From an uncultured bacterium (GTDB lineage: Bacteria; UBA8481): a stretch of DNA of 64,000 nt. Positions 53,301 through 62,899 of this stretch are shown one piece after another. Position numbers and translations under genes: made by a program. The notes below the pieces were generated by a model. That model was not told the DNA's origin and did no database searches. It saw nothing but the letters and a program-made list of their open reading frames with translations. Position 1 is the stretch's first letter. Each line of letters starts with the position of its first letter. The DNA is taken from positions 1 through 64,000 of the forward strand of contig CAZCME010000003.1 in assembly GCA_964499705.1 (NCBI GenBank), given 5' to 3'.

Positions 53301-55253
53301 CGCTTCCAGGCGGGCGAGCGTGGACTTTCGGACATCCTTGATCTGGCGGTCCGTCTGCTCATGCAGCGTCTCGACGATCCCGCCGGCGCCGGCGGCGTTG
53401 AAGAGGCGGGCAAGATTGTCGACGAGCGTCGTCCACATGGTGTTGAAGATCGCCATGAGATATTGCGTGCCGGTTATCGCGCGCTGGGCGGTGCGCTTCA
53501 TGAATTCGTCGTGGTTCGGGAGCCGGTCGTTCTCCTTCTTCGCCGCCTTCAGGCCTTCGCCATAGCAGTCGCGCGCGTCCAGGGCGTCCGAGGCGAGCGC
53601 CATTTCGCGGAGGAGGTGAATGCGGCCCTCATCTGCATGGACATTTTTCAGCGCGACGCGGAGGCGGTCCAGTTCCGGCGCGGAAAAACCGGGATCCGCC
53701 GAGGCGCGGGCCTTCTGATGTTCCGCGATCGTCATCTCCAGCCGCAGGATCTCCATGCGGTTGACATTCGACCAGACGGCGAGGATGTGCTGGAGGTTTT
53801 TCAGATACCGGTCGTAGTACTTGCGGAGGCGCATGTAATCAGAGTCCTCGACGAAGCGGTAACTTTTTTTCCGCATCTCGTCGAGCGTTCGCGCGGCGGC
53901 CCTGGCGAGACAATCGGCTTCTTCCGCCAACGCCGCGCGGATCGCGGCGATGCCGGCGTCGGGGAGCGACCCATAGTTCGCGGCCACCTGCTCGAAATAC
54001 CACTTCTCCTTGGAGCGGATCTCCTCGTCCTTGCCGAGCACCTCCTTGTCGAAGTCCGCGACATACTCCCGAAATACTTTCGCGTATTCCTCCGGCGACT
54101 GAGCGGCGGTCTTCTCCGGCGGCTTCCGCCGCGCCGCCGCGCTCAATTCCTCCCCGAGCTTCAAGTGTTCCGCGCGGATGCCGCCGAGAGCGGTGCCTTT
54201 GCCGGCGATCGAGGGGAGCTTCAGGAGATCGCATTTCCAGAACTCGGGCAGGGCGGTATCGCGCGTGTAGAAAATGCGGGGCAGAAACATCCCGGCTTCG
54301 TCGAACATTCCTCCGGAAGTCGTGGCTGAAACGACGAGCGTGCGCGACGGCACTTCCTTCCACGTCGCGTTCTGATAGTTGCGCCACGTGGAAGAATCGT
54401 TCGGGTCCGCGAGATTTCTCGTGATATCCGTGCCGCTTTGCATGGCCTGGCGCTTCGCTTCCTCGACATCCTTGACGCCGGAGAGCGTCGTGATGTCCGG
54501 TTCGTACCGGATCCCGCTGTATCCGTAGTTCTCGAAGGGTTTGGCTTTCAAGGTTGCCGCGAATTCAATGGAGGGAGCGGCGGTCGCGGACGAATAAAAT
54601 CCGAAGCCGTTTGCGATGCCGAAGGTCGTAGAGCCGTCCGGCCTGTAGTCATCCGGTTTCCATTCCTGGAAACCGCTCCAGTTGAAGCTGATATTCTTTC
54701 CGATCCATGCAGAAGAACCGGGAGAAGTGCGCGTCGATGTGCCGGTGGCGCCGCCGCTCACGATGATGGGATCGCCCGTCCGGATCTCCTCCGGCAGCTC
54801 CAGGTGGATCGTGTACTGGTCGACCTTGGTCCCGGGGGAGCGATCCGAGCCCTGCCAGTTGCGGGTGTAGGTTCCCGTGAAGGCGGCCCGCTCCCCACGG
54901 ACGACGCTCCAGTTCCACGTCAGCTGCTCCGTGCCCGTCATGTCCCTGTAATTGTTCGTGTGCGATTTGGCGTATGAACCCGTCTGGAGAATGTCATGAC
55001 CGGTGTCGTAGGCCGTGCCGCCCCGCTCGTCCATCGCCGCGTCGAACCAGGAGAGATTGACGATCGCGCGGGAGAGACGGAACGGAGGATTCGTATCGGC
55101 GCTTGTCGTGACGGAATCGGATTTCGCGAGCGATTCTCTCAGCCATGATGTGAAATCCTTTTCCACGGCATGCACTTGAGTGGAAGAGAAGAAGATCTGC
55201 ATCGCCCCGGCCGCGACGAAGGAGATCGCCCTGCAGTGCGAACGCGTTCTCAC
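50322..55253 (-). CDS. ~1,640-aa exported protein with a C-terminal nucleotidyltransferase-like domain
   Basis: The GTG at 55253 overlaps the upstream stop (GTGA). Signal-like ...AISFVAAGAMQIFFSSTQVHA. YTGSGAR...SDLDF...DIHCF motif. Confidence 0.7.
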   Translation of the reverse strand: MRTRSHCRAISFVAAGAMQIFFSSTQVHAVEKDFTSWLRESLAKSDSVTTSADTNPPFRLSRAIVNLSWFDAAMDERGGTAYDTGHDILQTGSYAKSHTNNYRDMTGTEQLTWNWSVVRGERAAFTGTYTRNWQGSDRSPGTKVDQYTIHLELPEEIRTGDPIIVSGGATGTSTRTSPGSSAWIGKNISFNWSGFQEWKPDDYRPDGSTTFGIANGFGFYSSATAAPSIEFAATLKAKPFENYGYSGIRYEPDITTLSGVKDVEEAKRQAMQSGTDITRNLADPNDSSTWRNYQNATWKEVPSRTLVVSATTSGGMFDEAGMFLPRIFYTRDTALPEFWKCDLLKLPSIAGKGTALGGIRAEHLKLGEELSAAARRKPPEKTAAQSPEEYAKVFREYVADFDKEVLGKDEEIRSKEKWYFEQVAANYGSLPDAGIAAIRAALAEEADCLARAAARTLDEMRKKSYRFVEDSDYMRLRKYYDRYLKNLQHILAVWSNVNRMEILRLEMTIAEHQKARASADPGFSAPELDRLRVALKNVHADEGRIHLLREMALASDALDARDCYGEGLKAAKKENDRLPNHDEFMKRTAQRAITGTQYLMAIFNTMWTTLVDNLARLFNAAGAGGIVETLHEQTDRQIKDVRKSTLARLEALEAVRKLDAAGTRQLGDWLTKEYAAPFDEKKLIALDDNRMFHEVTSGGLLRFAACMADDYDQLLDFEFRIAAKHGRLVWKEMRITVNMREGRSATGGDPLLKRMLDPLGTWKTYCQAARGNYDSMEDYLAERSGQLDEMEGFRPRLLKIHWDLDYLQKHLPQNYQLHDVLAERNPDYMAFLERHRAIRTTQHEEMLHAEIAKVEDPSERQQLAFKIALLHRVSSIQAKSNLPKILKQQLLDRVAVLDFDGAVATARELENVEPEAAKGLSAWLANDLSYEHAKEIGINTWVSLGNGGLYTAFFTRYISPAAVRNAPVSLANVRAIFSSWNGFNGFLQFAWGRINPFSSLTKGELTPEKLRTASTQILRAAAEQVEQESIQKGILMGYFGVDEKYADFLANALVNVQQVQTDDPGSLMNKTSRNLLRKIDAHIPEKVNVPAWKKLQAARTMMREYWQAMDALAQLQKAQQELADASNSKLKDELGITTAAKLIASLKLKLKLYLNPLNERMIREIMEEYDADLSGKKGEHRIAAHAELFRKLPMAALLKAKKKGELPKNIELKLDAARRELLEFTQRQFLAENPSLAPHVERFIYTGSGARPDWPEYKRLSSDLDFTIILKEGVDLPTRARVKSGYDEYFRRKTGFEPEEFDIHCFADERPRLTAAGHTVAGLLELIKDPKTAEAVAAEGKRTLDALMRDLSDPERYLSTGALRFLHYLNKLGGRAKDADMNDDMTYQSELYRHVKFEPWMGLEMVMDNLKMVGAHSGERMDYAKSLAKYGLRVLFARIIQSDAGMKMANDLTLDQIEANLAKTGGIHGEFVGMAEKLGGRFTPEQLRLFREMNMRKQGKPWSEVFEERLGRKLDDHDDAMNHVIEKHIAEMEGFVKQSLKECLITNASNMKELANAIEASADPAQKEALLLKQQEILFSVSAVWNKLTDAERKTVLASAPAESDYFAALEDVRDAMRKRDIDFIKSYKPFRKRGGTPMDDDI

Positions 55254-57250
55254 GGCGAGCAGATTTTCATCCGGCACGTTCCCTTGCCGGAACAGGGGCA
55301 TTCGCCCGGTTCGAAGAGGCAGCCTGTTTCGTCGGAATGCGTGAGGCATTGAGAGGGCAGGGCTTCGTCCTCGGGATTCCGGCCTTCATCCACCGGCGGC
55401 TGAACCTCGATTGTTTCTCCCGGCGATGTCGCGCCGGCCGTTGCGGAGGAAGACGAAGCCGTGTCGATCGGCGCGGGCTTCGTGTCCGGATGTTCGACGG
55501 CGGGGATCGGCAGATCGTAGATCGATGAAGCGGGAAGGAGAACGACGCGGTCGAAGAGGGCGTTTCCATTGTAGGAAGAGAAGGCAAGCCCCGTGATCCG
55601 GTCTCCGGGATTCATCTTCATGCCGTCCACGAGATCGCGCCGGATCCTGTACCATCGGCGTGGAGAGAGGCCCGGCGTCGTTCCGGCCATGGACCAGTTG
55701 AAGCCGTTGTATTCCTTATCCGCGTCGAAACCCCAGCGGTTGCCCCAGGAACCGCTGTTCTGGATCTGGAGCTGGAGATCGGCGCTTGAATCCATGAGAA
55801 AGAGATCGAACTCGATGAAGCGGAAATCGCCCGCGCCGTCACCGACCCTGCCGAGTTCCATGTTGAAGTGGTTGTTACCGGTGGATCGGAAAGCGGCGGC
55901 TCCGGTCGTGCGATGAATGACGTCGGATTCGGGAATGCCGCTGTACCAGTAGTAGGGGCTGATGTCGTCATCGATGACGATCTTTCCGTTTGTCGCCATC
56001 GGAGTGATTGGCGGCGTCGCCGTCGGCCCGCCAGTCGAAGGTATGCCGGGCGAGACCACCTCCGAAGCCAGGCCGGCGACAAGCTCGATGATGAGATTAC
56101 GAAGCCAGTCGTCGTTCCCTTGGCCGGATGATCCCTGGACAATGGGGCGACCGGATCCGTCTTCGCCTCGCGTGATCGTGATCGTGATCGGGCCGAGGTT
56201 GGTGTTCCAGGTGAATGTGCCGTTCGTGGTTCCGGCCCTGGTTGGCAGTGGGAATCCCGGGGTGGATACGATGACGCCCGGCCCGGCCGCGTTGCCGACC
56301 GGCGGGATTTCGCCGACGATCCGAAGATCCTGGAACTCGACGTCCGCCTCGATGATGAAGAAGCCGACGTTGACGATCGCGGGCAGTGAAGCGAGCGCCG
56401 GGACGCCTCCGGCCGCGATTTCCACGCCGTCGAGCGTGGCGCGCATGCGCGCGCCGTCGATCTCCAGCGCGAGCTGATACCATTCGTCGACCTTGATATC
56501 GCGGCCGGCATACTTCCATTCCGGAGACGGATAGCCTTGTTCGATCACATCCAGCCATCCGCCGACTCCAGCGTGATCCTGCCGCTCGCTCAATTGAAAT
56601 CGGAAATGGGAATGGCTCGCATTCGTGGCGGAAGGATCGATCACGGCGAGGCCAGCTCCTCCGTAGTCGACATGATTGCGGAATTTCATCCGCGCCGAGA
56701 TCGTGTAAGTTTTTCCGACCCTGCGCGGGAGCAGGAAGAAGCTGTAACCCTCATCGTTCGGGATCGCGCCGCCGATGGAATTTGCGGCGGATGACCAGGT
56801 TCCAGCGACCGCTCGCGTGTGAACTTCCCGCCCTCCCGACATGTCGCCTCCGGCCGAAGGGGCAGGCACCGCGGGTGCGGCGGATCCGACCGTCAACCGG
56901 CAGCGATCCATCACGTTGTATCCGCCAGTCGGCCAGTCGTAGAGGACGCGGACCTCGTATTCGCCGTCGGGAACGCCGTTGAATTCGAACGTGCCGCTCG
57001 TCTTTCCTCCGGTATAAAACCATTGGCCGTAATTCGTGTTCGGTTCGGAGGCTTTGACGAGAGTGATCCAATCCTGGGCATGACCCGGCATCCCGAAATA
57101 CTCGATCAGGATATTTTCGCCCGCAGCTATTCCGGTTAGTGACGTGCGTATATGAAGTGACGAAATGCCGCTGGATGGGTTGGCGATCACAGGAATGAGG
57201 ATGAATGCGAACAACAAAAAAACCGAATATCGATTTTGTCGCAAGCCCAT
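55250..57250 (-). CDS. Exported modular beta-sandwich/lectin-like protein
   Basis: Signal peptide, an Ig-like DWI...GEYEVR domain, a DUF1080/LamG-like jelly roll, a CBM-like domain, Pro/Thr linkers and a Cys-rich tail. Confidence 0.7.
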   Translation of the reverse strand: MGLRQNRYSVFLLFAFILIPVIANPSSGISSLHIRTSLTGIAAGENILIEYFGMPGHAQDWITLVKASEPNTNYGQWFYTGGKTSGTFEFNGVPDGEYEVRVLYDWPTGGYNVMDRCRLTVGSAAPAVPAPSAGGDMSGGREVHTRAVAGTWSSAANSIGGAIPNDEGYSFFLLPRRVGKTYTISARMKFRNHVDYGGAGLAVIDPSATNASHSHFRFQLSERQDHAGVGGWLDVIEQGYPSPEWKYAGRDIKVDEWYQLALEIDGARMRATLDGVEIAAGGVPALASLPAIVNVGFFIIEADVEFQDLRIVGEIPPVGNAAGPGVIVSTPGFPLPTRAGTTNGTFTWNTNLGPITITITRGEDGSGRPIVQGSSGQGNDDWLRNLIIELVAGLASEVVSPGIPSTGGPTATPPITPMATNGKIVIDDDISPYYWYSGIPESDVIHRTTGAAAFRSTGNNHFNMELGRVGDGAGDFRFIEFDLFLMDSSADLQLQIQNSGSWGNRWGFDADKEYNGFNWSMAGTTPGLSPRRWYRIRRDLVDGMKMNPGDRITGLAFSSYNGNALFDRVVLLPASSIYDLPIPAVEHPDTKPAPIDTASSSSATAGATSPGETIEVQPPVDEGRNPEDEALPSQCLTHSDETGCLFEPGECPCSGKGTCRMKICSP

Positions 57251-57474
57251 GGCCGGCTCACTCTTTCCCCAAAGGATGTTCCAGATTAAATGGCAGCACG
57301 AAGGATAGCGAATGAGCGATTCGGAAGCAAGAATGACATGCAGAGCCGTTCCATGCTCATTCATGGAACGAAAAAAACGAACAGTACCATGTGGTACACA
57401 GTGATTGTATTTCTTAATACACAACGAATTTTTACTAAGAAATTTTACATTGCGTCAAGTAACTATTAGACAAC

Positions 57475-60400
57475 GTGAGAGCGCGTATTGTCGAAAGTCG
57501 TGATCGTCCAAGGTTTAAAGCGAGTTATGCGTCGGCAATATTTTTGCAGTTCGTCATGGTCTCTTCCGCGTGGGCAACAACATGGTTCGTCAACGATACA
57601 TCCACCGTTGGCGACAGCTTCACAACCAGTGTCGGCGCCGCAGGGAATACAGGTGTGACTCCAAATTCACCCAAACGCCATGTCCAGGAGGTCATGGTTC
57701 TTTGGAAAGATGGCGATATCGTCTATCTTGATGCCGGAATCCACAATGAAGGCGCTCAACTTTTGGTGACTTGTGATTCGTTGACGATTCAGGGCGTTGA
57801 TTCCGAGGCCACCATTATCGATTTCTACCCTATGACCGACATCTCCCGGTATATCAAAGTAAAGTCCTGTACCGGTGTCACACTAAGAAATTTCGCAGTG
57901 ATGAGAGGGTATTTCGGCGTTCTTTTATCGGACGCCGACACGTGCACGATATCGGGAGTGCGCTGTGACAGTAACTCCGTCAGCGGCTTCCGTGTCGAAT
58001 CAGGATCCTGCGATAACGAATTCAGAGGCAACTCGGCCAGTGGAAACCCGACGGCCGGGTTTCAATTCGTTTCAAGTTCGATTTCGATTTTGTTTCTCAA
58101 GCAGCCTTCTATGAGAAATAGCATCGTTGGCAACAGAGCGACGGGTAACGGGGATGGTTTCAACCTCTCAAGTGCCCGCAACTTGTTCTTCGGCAATATT
58201 TCTGCGGGCAACCAAGGTATGGGATTCAACCTGGCCGCTGAGAGCCATAGTCAATTTGCGGGAAACACTATTACGAATAATGGTTCTCACGGATTCCAGC
58301 TGGTAAGCACGACAGAGATTGTTCTTCTCCAAAACACTTTCGATTCCAATGGCGGCTATGCCGTATCGCTCGCCGGTGGTCAGAATAACGGCACTATCAC
58401 GCGAAACATATTTCAAGGTTCTGCAAACGGGCCCGATTCCATCCTGTTTGGTTCGACGAATATCTCGTACCGGATCCAACGCAATTGGTGGGGAACCACC
58501 GATAGCATTTCAATATCGTGGAAGATACACGGTACGGATCGCGGAATTCTCAACTATACACCTTTCCTGCTTCACGTTCCGGACTCCATTCCGGGCGTTG
58601 ACACTATTGCTCCTCGGGCGCCAGACAGTGTGGCGGCGCAGGCGGTCGATTCCTCGCATATCGCTATCACCTGGTCGCCCATGGATGGTCATGAAGAGGT
58701 GTCGTCATTTCCGGTTAACCCGGGAGGATATGTGATTTACAGGTCACTCACATCGGACACCTCGCAGTGGACAGAGTGCGGAAGCGCATCTTCAGAATTC
58801 CAGACCTTCACGGATTCGGGCCTAGCCGCGGGCGGCGAATATTTCTATCGAGTTTCTTCCATGGACGCCGGGAATGCGATTCCGAATCGAAGTTTTTATT
58901 CCGATTCCATCGCGCATTCTTTCACACACGGCGCGTCGGTGGTTCATTCCAGTCCTCGGCTGATTCCGCATGCCATTGGTCGCAGCGGAGCAGAATCGGC
59001 AATTTTGGCGTTTACGGTGAGTGGCGCGAATTCGGACACGCTGATTTCGTTGGCCGTGCGGCTGTCGGGAAATATCCCTCCGTCGGACATAGCAACCGTC
59101 AGGCTCTATCGTGACAACGATCGTTCCGCTCGGTATGAGGAGAATACGGACAGTATGATCGCCGAGTTGGTCTGCAGCGATGCTCTGATATATCGGAAAA
59201 CAAATCTTTCAGTTCGAATCGATGAAGCGGATTCCTTCCTTGTAACGATCAATATCGAGGACACCGCGCATTTTGCGGACACATTCGAAGTAGGCATGGC
59301 GCCGGGTGATGTCTATCTTGCCTTGGCGGAAACCGGCCCGGGTACTGGTTGGTTTCTCAAAGGCGCCTGGACGATTCACGCGGGGATCGATTCGTCCGGC
59401 CCCAACGTCTGGTACATTAACGATACGTCTTTGACGGGCGATTCGTTCACCGTTTCGGCCGGGAGCTCGACAAACAACGGTTTGACTCGTCAATCCCCTA
59501 TGCGACGGTTGCGCGATCTCAATGGAAGTTTAACGCCAGGCGACACGATCATGTTGGACCGAGGTATATTCGAGGAACCGCAATCGTTCCAAATCGAGAC
59601 GCATCAATTATGCATCATGGGCAGGGATTCGGCGTCCACGGTGGTGTCCTTCGGGAATTCTTCCGATGGTATTTCGGGAACGAATAGACATCGGATCACG
59701 GTGCAGGACCTGAAAATTACGGCATCGAATAAGGCAGTGCGGTTCAACAATGTCGACTCCTCATCTCTACTGCGACTTCGTCTGGACGGCAATCAACTAG
59801 GAATAGAAGTGGCGTCCGGGTCCTGTTCGAATCTCATAGAGGGATGCTACCTGGAAAATAATGCAGCTGGAATGATTGAGGTTTTCAGCGGCGCGGAGGA
59901 CAACTGCGTCATGAATAATGTGATTGTCACAGCTGGCAGCAATTCTTATTCCGGAATCTACCTCGATATGGGTTGCCACCGCAGCCACATATCGGGAAAC
60001 ACAATCACCGGTCCCGGCAGGATGGGACTCTATGTCGCCGAAGGCCGAGACTATCGGATCATGGGTAATACCATAATTGAAGCGAATGAATATGGCCTGT
60101 ACACGTACGGGTGTTCGAATGCAGTCTTCGCCCATAACCTGTTTCGGGCATGCGGAAGTGAAAACGTCATATATCTTGGACTGTACGAGGGACGTAATAA
60201 CGTCTATTACCAAAACACCTTTGATGCCAATTCAGGATATTTGTTCTATATCGCCGACTGGGGAGGAACACCTGGAGGTGATTCGATATATAAGAACAAT
60301 TTCAACGGAGCTTTGCATGACACGATGAAGATCATGTACTATGAGTCAACTCAGCCTTTTGATGTTTCGCGAAACTGGTGGGGAACGACCGAGAGCAGTT

Positions 60401-62793
60401 TAATCCGACGCGGAATCTCCGGCCCCGGAGCCGCTTCGGTTCGCTTTGCACCCTTTCGTCTGGGGCCGGTGAATACAGCCGAAGGGGCCGACACGATCGC
60501 GCCACGAGCTCCTGATACGGTGGCGTTGACGGCCATCGATTCCACCCGAATTCAAGTAAGCTGGTCGAAGTCGTCCACTCACGAAGAGTCGACGGGCGCG
60601 CCCCTTGGCCTCGCCGGATACCGAATATACCGGGGTCGATTGAACGATACTTCCGCGCCGCTTCTTTATGGCGCTGCCTCTTCCGAGTCCGTGATGTTCA
60701 CCGACTCAAACCGTTCCGGATCCCATCAATACTATTATCGAATATCCGCCGTCGATGGAGCTACGCCTTATCCGAATGAAAGCTACTACTCAGAATCGAT
60801 TTGCGTGACCGGAATGGGTCCGACTATTTCCTTGTGCTCATCGGGCATGATCCCATCCCTTCTTAAGCGCGCGGCGGTATCGGAAACCATGATCTTGGCA
60901 CTTTCTATTCAGGGAGCTTCCGAAGACACGCTTTTGTCCGTCGGAATTCATGTCGCCGGTCGTCCCGCCGATATAGATGCGATTTCCTTCTACCGGGACA
61001 TCAATCGAAATGCCCGGTTCGATTCAGGAGTCGATGCATGGATCTCGCGTCTCACCCATGTCATTGATTCCAGATACCACGCATCGATGGTCGAGACATT
61101 ATTGTCCGGCGGAGACTCGTTTTTCTTCACCATGAGGATTGCGGATACCGCATTATTCTCTGATACGTTCCATTGCTTTCTGGGTCCGGACGCGGTCGTC
61201 ACCGGCAGGGCAGGAACCGGCCCGCCCCTTCCCTTGTCGGTCGACGGGATCTGGAACATCGATCCGGAAATATTCGCTGCGGGGCCGAACGTCTGGTATC
61301 TCAATGATGAGAGCGATCTCGGCGACTCTTTTACGGCTGCGACCGGAGCTTCCTGGTACAATGGTTTGACGATTCAGACTCCCAGGCGATATCTCTTCGA
61401 GGTGATTCCATTCCTTTCCGCGGGAGACACGATCTTGATCGACGCTGGAACGTACCTGGGTCCACCCCATGCTACAGAGGCGCAAATCAGCAACATATGC
61501 ATTTCCGGCAAAGATTCCTCTTCGACGATGCTGAGTTACCTCAGACTTACCGGTACGGCGCTCACGCTGAAGGATTTTTCGGTCAATGGAATCAGCGGGG
61601 GGAATGCCGGCATTCATCTGAATGGAGTGAACAACTCGCTCATCACGCGTATTCGCTCGGAATCCAACATCAATGGATTCCTGCTTGATTGTCAGTCGTC
61701 GGGCAACATACTTCGAGACAATTACGCCACCGGAAACATTCATGGTTTTCGGGCGGACAATGCCGGCGCCAATCTGTTCCAGGGCAATGTAGCTCGCGCA
61801 AACCGTGGCTCGGGATTTCATTGCTACTTCACTTCCAACGATAGATTTGTCGGAAACGTGTCCATGGAAAATGACAGCGACGGCTTCCACATCAATCAGA
61901 CTCAACAATCCTGCTTTGCCGCGAACTATTGCGCTCGAAACGGCCTGAACGGCTTTCAGACGGCCAATGTTTCCATGGGAAATCTGATTGCCCAGAATAC
62001 CATGGAAGCCAATGGTCGATATGCGTTCGCTTTTTCCGGAGTCTGCTCCGGCACGACTCTGGCGAAGAACGGCATTAGTACGTCAACGCCAAATCCAGAT
62101 TCGGGAATCTGGAATGATTTTCCATCAACGGGCATGTGGACAGGTGGAGAGGTTCGGTATCGGCGAAATTGGTTTGGAAGCACGAACGCAGATTCGGTGA
62201 GTCATCTTATTTGGGGACCGGCTCGCCAAGCGGTTGTTCATGCTCCGTTTCGACTCGGTGAAATCGATTCCTCACAGGAAGCGGACACCGTTGCTCCGCA
62301 AGCGCCCGATACCGTGATGGCGACCACGATCGATTCGTCGCATATATGCGTCACCTGGTCCATCGCCCATGCGTCTGAGGAACAAGAAACATCCATAAAT
62401 CTTGCCGGATACCGAGTTTACCGTTCGACGACGATGAATCCATCTCACTGGATTCTCATCTGCGAAACGGCCGGACGCGAATTCACGGACTCGTATCTGG
62501 GAGCCTTGTCGACCCACAACTATCGAATTACCGCGGTGGACGCGCATTCGCCATTTCCCAATGAGTCCTTCTTTTCCGATTCCATCGCTTCAGCGGCCAT
62601 GCTGGCATGGACCACCATACCATCTCACCAAACCATCTCCCACGATTTGCTCATGGATTTTATTTCAATCGTGAATATGCCAGGATCGTATAACCCTGCA
62701 TATGATGTCGGTAGAAATGGCCCGGATGGCATTCTCAACGAGGAGGATCTGTTTGAAATTGGGCGACGATACGACGAGAGATCGCTTCCATGA
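57475..62793 (+). CDS. 1,772-aa exported protein: three beta-helix (NosD/CASH-like) + FN3 modules and a dockerin/EF-hand-like tail
   Basis: W(F/Y)xND.S..GDSFT, RNW(W/F)G(T/S)T and DT(I/V)AP.APD each occur three times. Asn/Gly-rich coils; signal peptide ending AWA. Confidence 0.85.
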   Translation: MRARIVESRDRPRFKASYASAIFLQFVMVSSAWATTWFVNDTSTVGDSFTTSVGAAGNTGVTPNSPKRHVQEVMVLWKDGDIVYLDAGIHNEGAQLLVTCDSLTIQGVDSEATIIDFYPMTDISRYIKVKSCTGVTLRNFAVMRGYFGVLLSDADTCTISGVRCDSNSVSGFRVESGSCDNEFRGNSASGNPTAGFQFVSSSISILFLKQPSMRNSIVGNRATGNGDGFNLSSARNLFFGNISAGNQGMGFNLAAESHSQFAGNTITNNGSHGFQLVSTTEIVLLQNTFDSNGGYAVSLAGGQNNGTITRNIFQGSANGPDSILFGSTNISYRIQRNWWGTTDSISISWKIHGTDRGILNYTPFLLHVPDSIPGVDTIAPRAPDSVAAQAVDSSHIAITWSPMDGHEEVSSFPVNPGGYVIYRSLTSDTSQWTECGSASSEFQTFTDSGLAAGGEYFYRVSSMDAGNAIPNRSFYSDSIAHSFTHGASVVHSSPRLIPHAIGRSGAESAILAFTVSGANSDTLISLAVRLSGNIPPSDIATVRLYRDNDRSARYEENTDSMIAELVCSDALIYRKTNLSVRIDEADSFLVTINIEDTAHFADTFEVGMAPGDVYLALAETGPGTGWFLKGAWTIHAGIDSSGPNVWYINDTSLTGDSFTVSAGSSTNNGLTRQSPMRRLRDLNGSLTPGDTIMLDRGIFEEPQSFQIETHQLCIMGRDSASTVVSFGNSSDGISGTNRHRITVQDLKITASNKAVRFNNVDSSSLLRLRLDGNQLGIEVASGSCSNLIEGCYLENNAAGMIEVFSGAEDNCVMNNVIVTAGSNSYSGIYLDMGCHRSHISGNTITGPGRMGLYVAEGRDYRIMGNTIIEANEYGLYTYGCSNAVFAHNLFRACGSENVIYLGLYEGRNNVYYQNTFDANSGYLFYIADWGGTPGGDSIYKNNFNGALHDTMKIMYYESTQPFDVSRNWWGTTESSLIRRGISGPGAASVRFAPFRLGPVNTAEGADTIAPRAPDTVALTAIDSTRIQVSWSKSSTHEESTGAPLGLAGYRIYRGRLNDTSAPLLYGAASSESVMFTDSNRSGSHQYYYRISAVDGATPYPNESYYSESICVTGMGPTISLCSSGMIPSLLKRAAVSETMILALSIQGASEDTLLSVGIHVAGRPADIDAISFYRDINRNARFDSGVDAWISRLTHVIDSRYHASMVETLLSGGDSFFFTMRIADTALFSDTFHCFLGPDAVVTGRAGTGPPLPLSVDGIWNIDPEIFAAGPNVWYLNDESDLGDSFTAATGASWYNGLTIQTPRRYLFEVIPFLSAGDTILIDAGTYLGPPHATEAQISNICISGKDSSSTMLSYLRLTGTALTLKDFSVNGISGGNAGIHLNGVNNSLITRIRSESNINGFLLDCQSSGNILRDNYATGNIHGFRADNAGANLFQGNVARANRGSGFHCYFTSNDRFVGNVSMENDSDGFHINQTQQSCFAANYCARNGLNGFQTANVSMGNLIAQNTMEANGRYAFAFSGVCSGTTLAKNGISTSTPNPDSGIWNDFPSTGMWTGGEVRYRRNWFGSTNADSVSHLIWGPARQAVVHAPFRLGEIDSSQEADTVAPQAPDTVMATTIDSSHICVTWSIAHASEEQETSINLAGYRVYRSTTMNPSHWILICETAGREFTDSYLGALSTHNYRITAVDAHSPFPNESFFSDSIASAAMLAWTTIPSHQTISHDLLMDFISIVNMPGSYNPAYDVGRNGPDGILNEEDLFEIGRRYDERSLP

Positions 62794-62899
62794 CGACGCT
62801 CCGCCCAAAGAAGCCATCGGCATCGCTGGCAAGACTTGGAGTGTTCGCGTGGCTACCTTCGCCGGCAGCCCGATGACTTCCCCAAATCCAATCTCCGCC

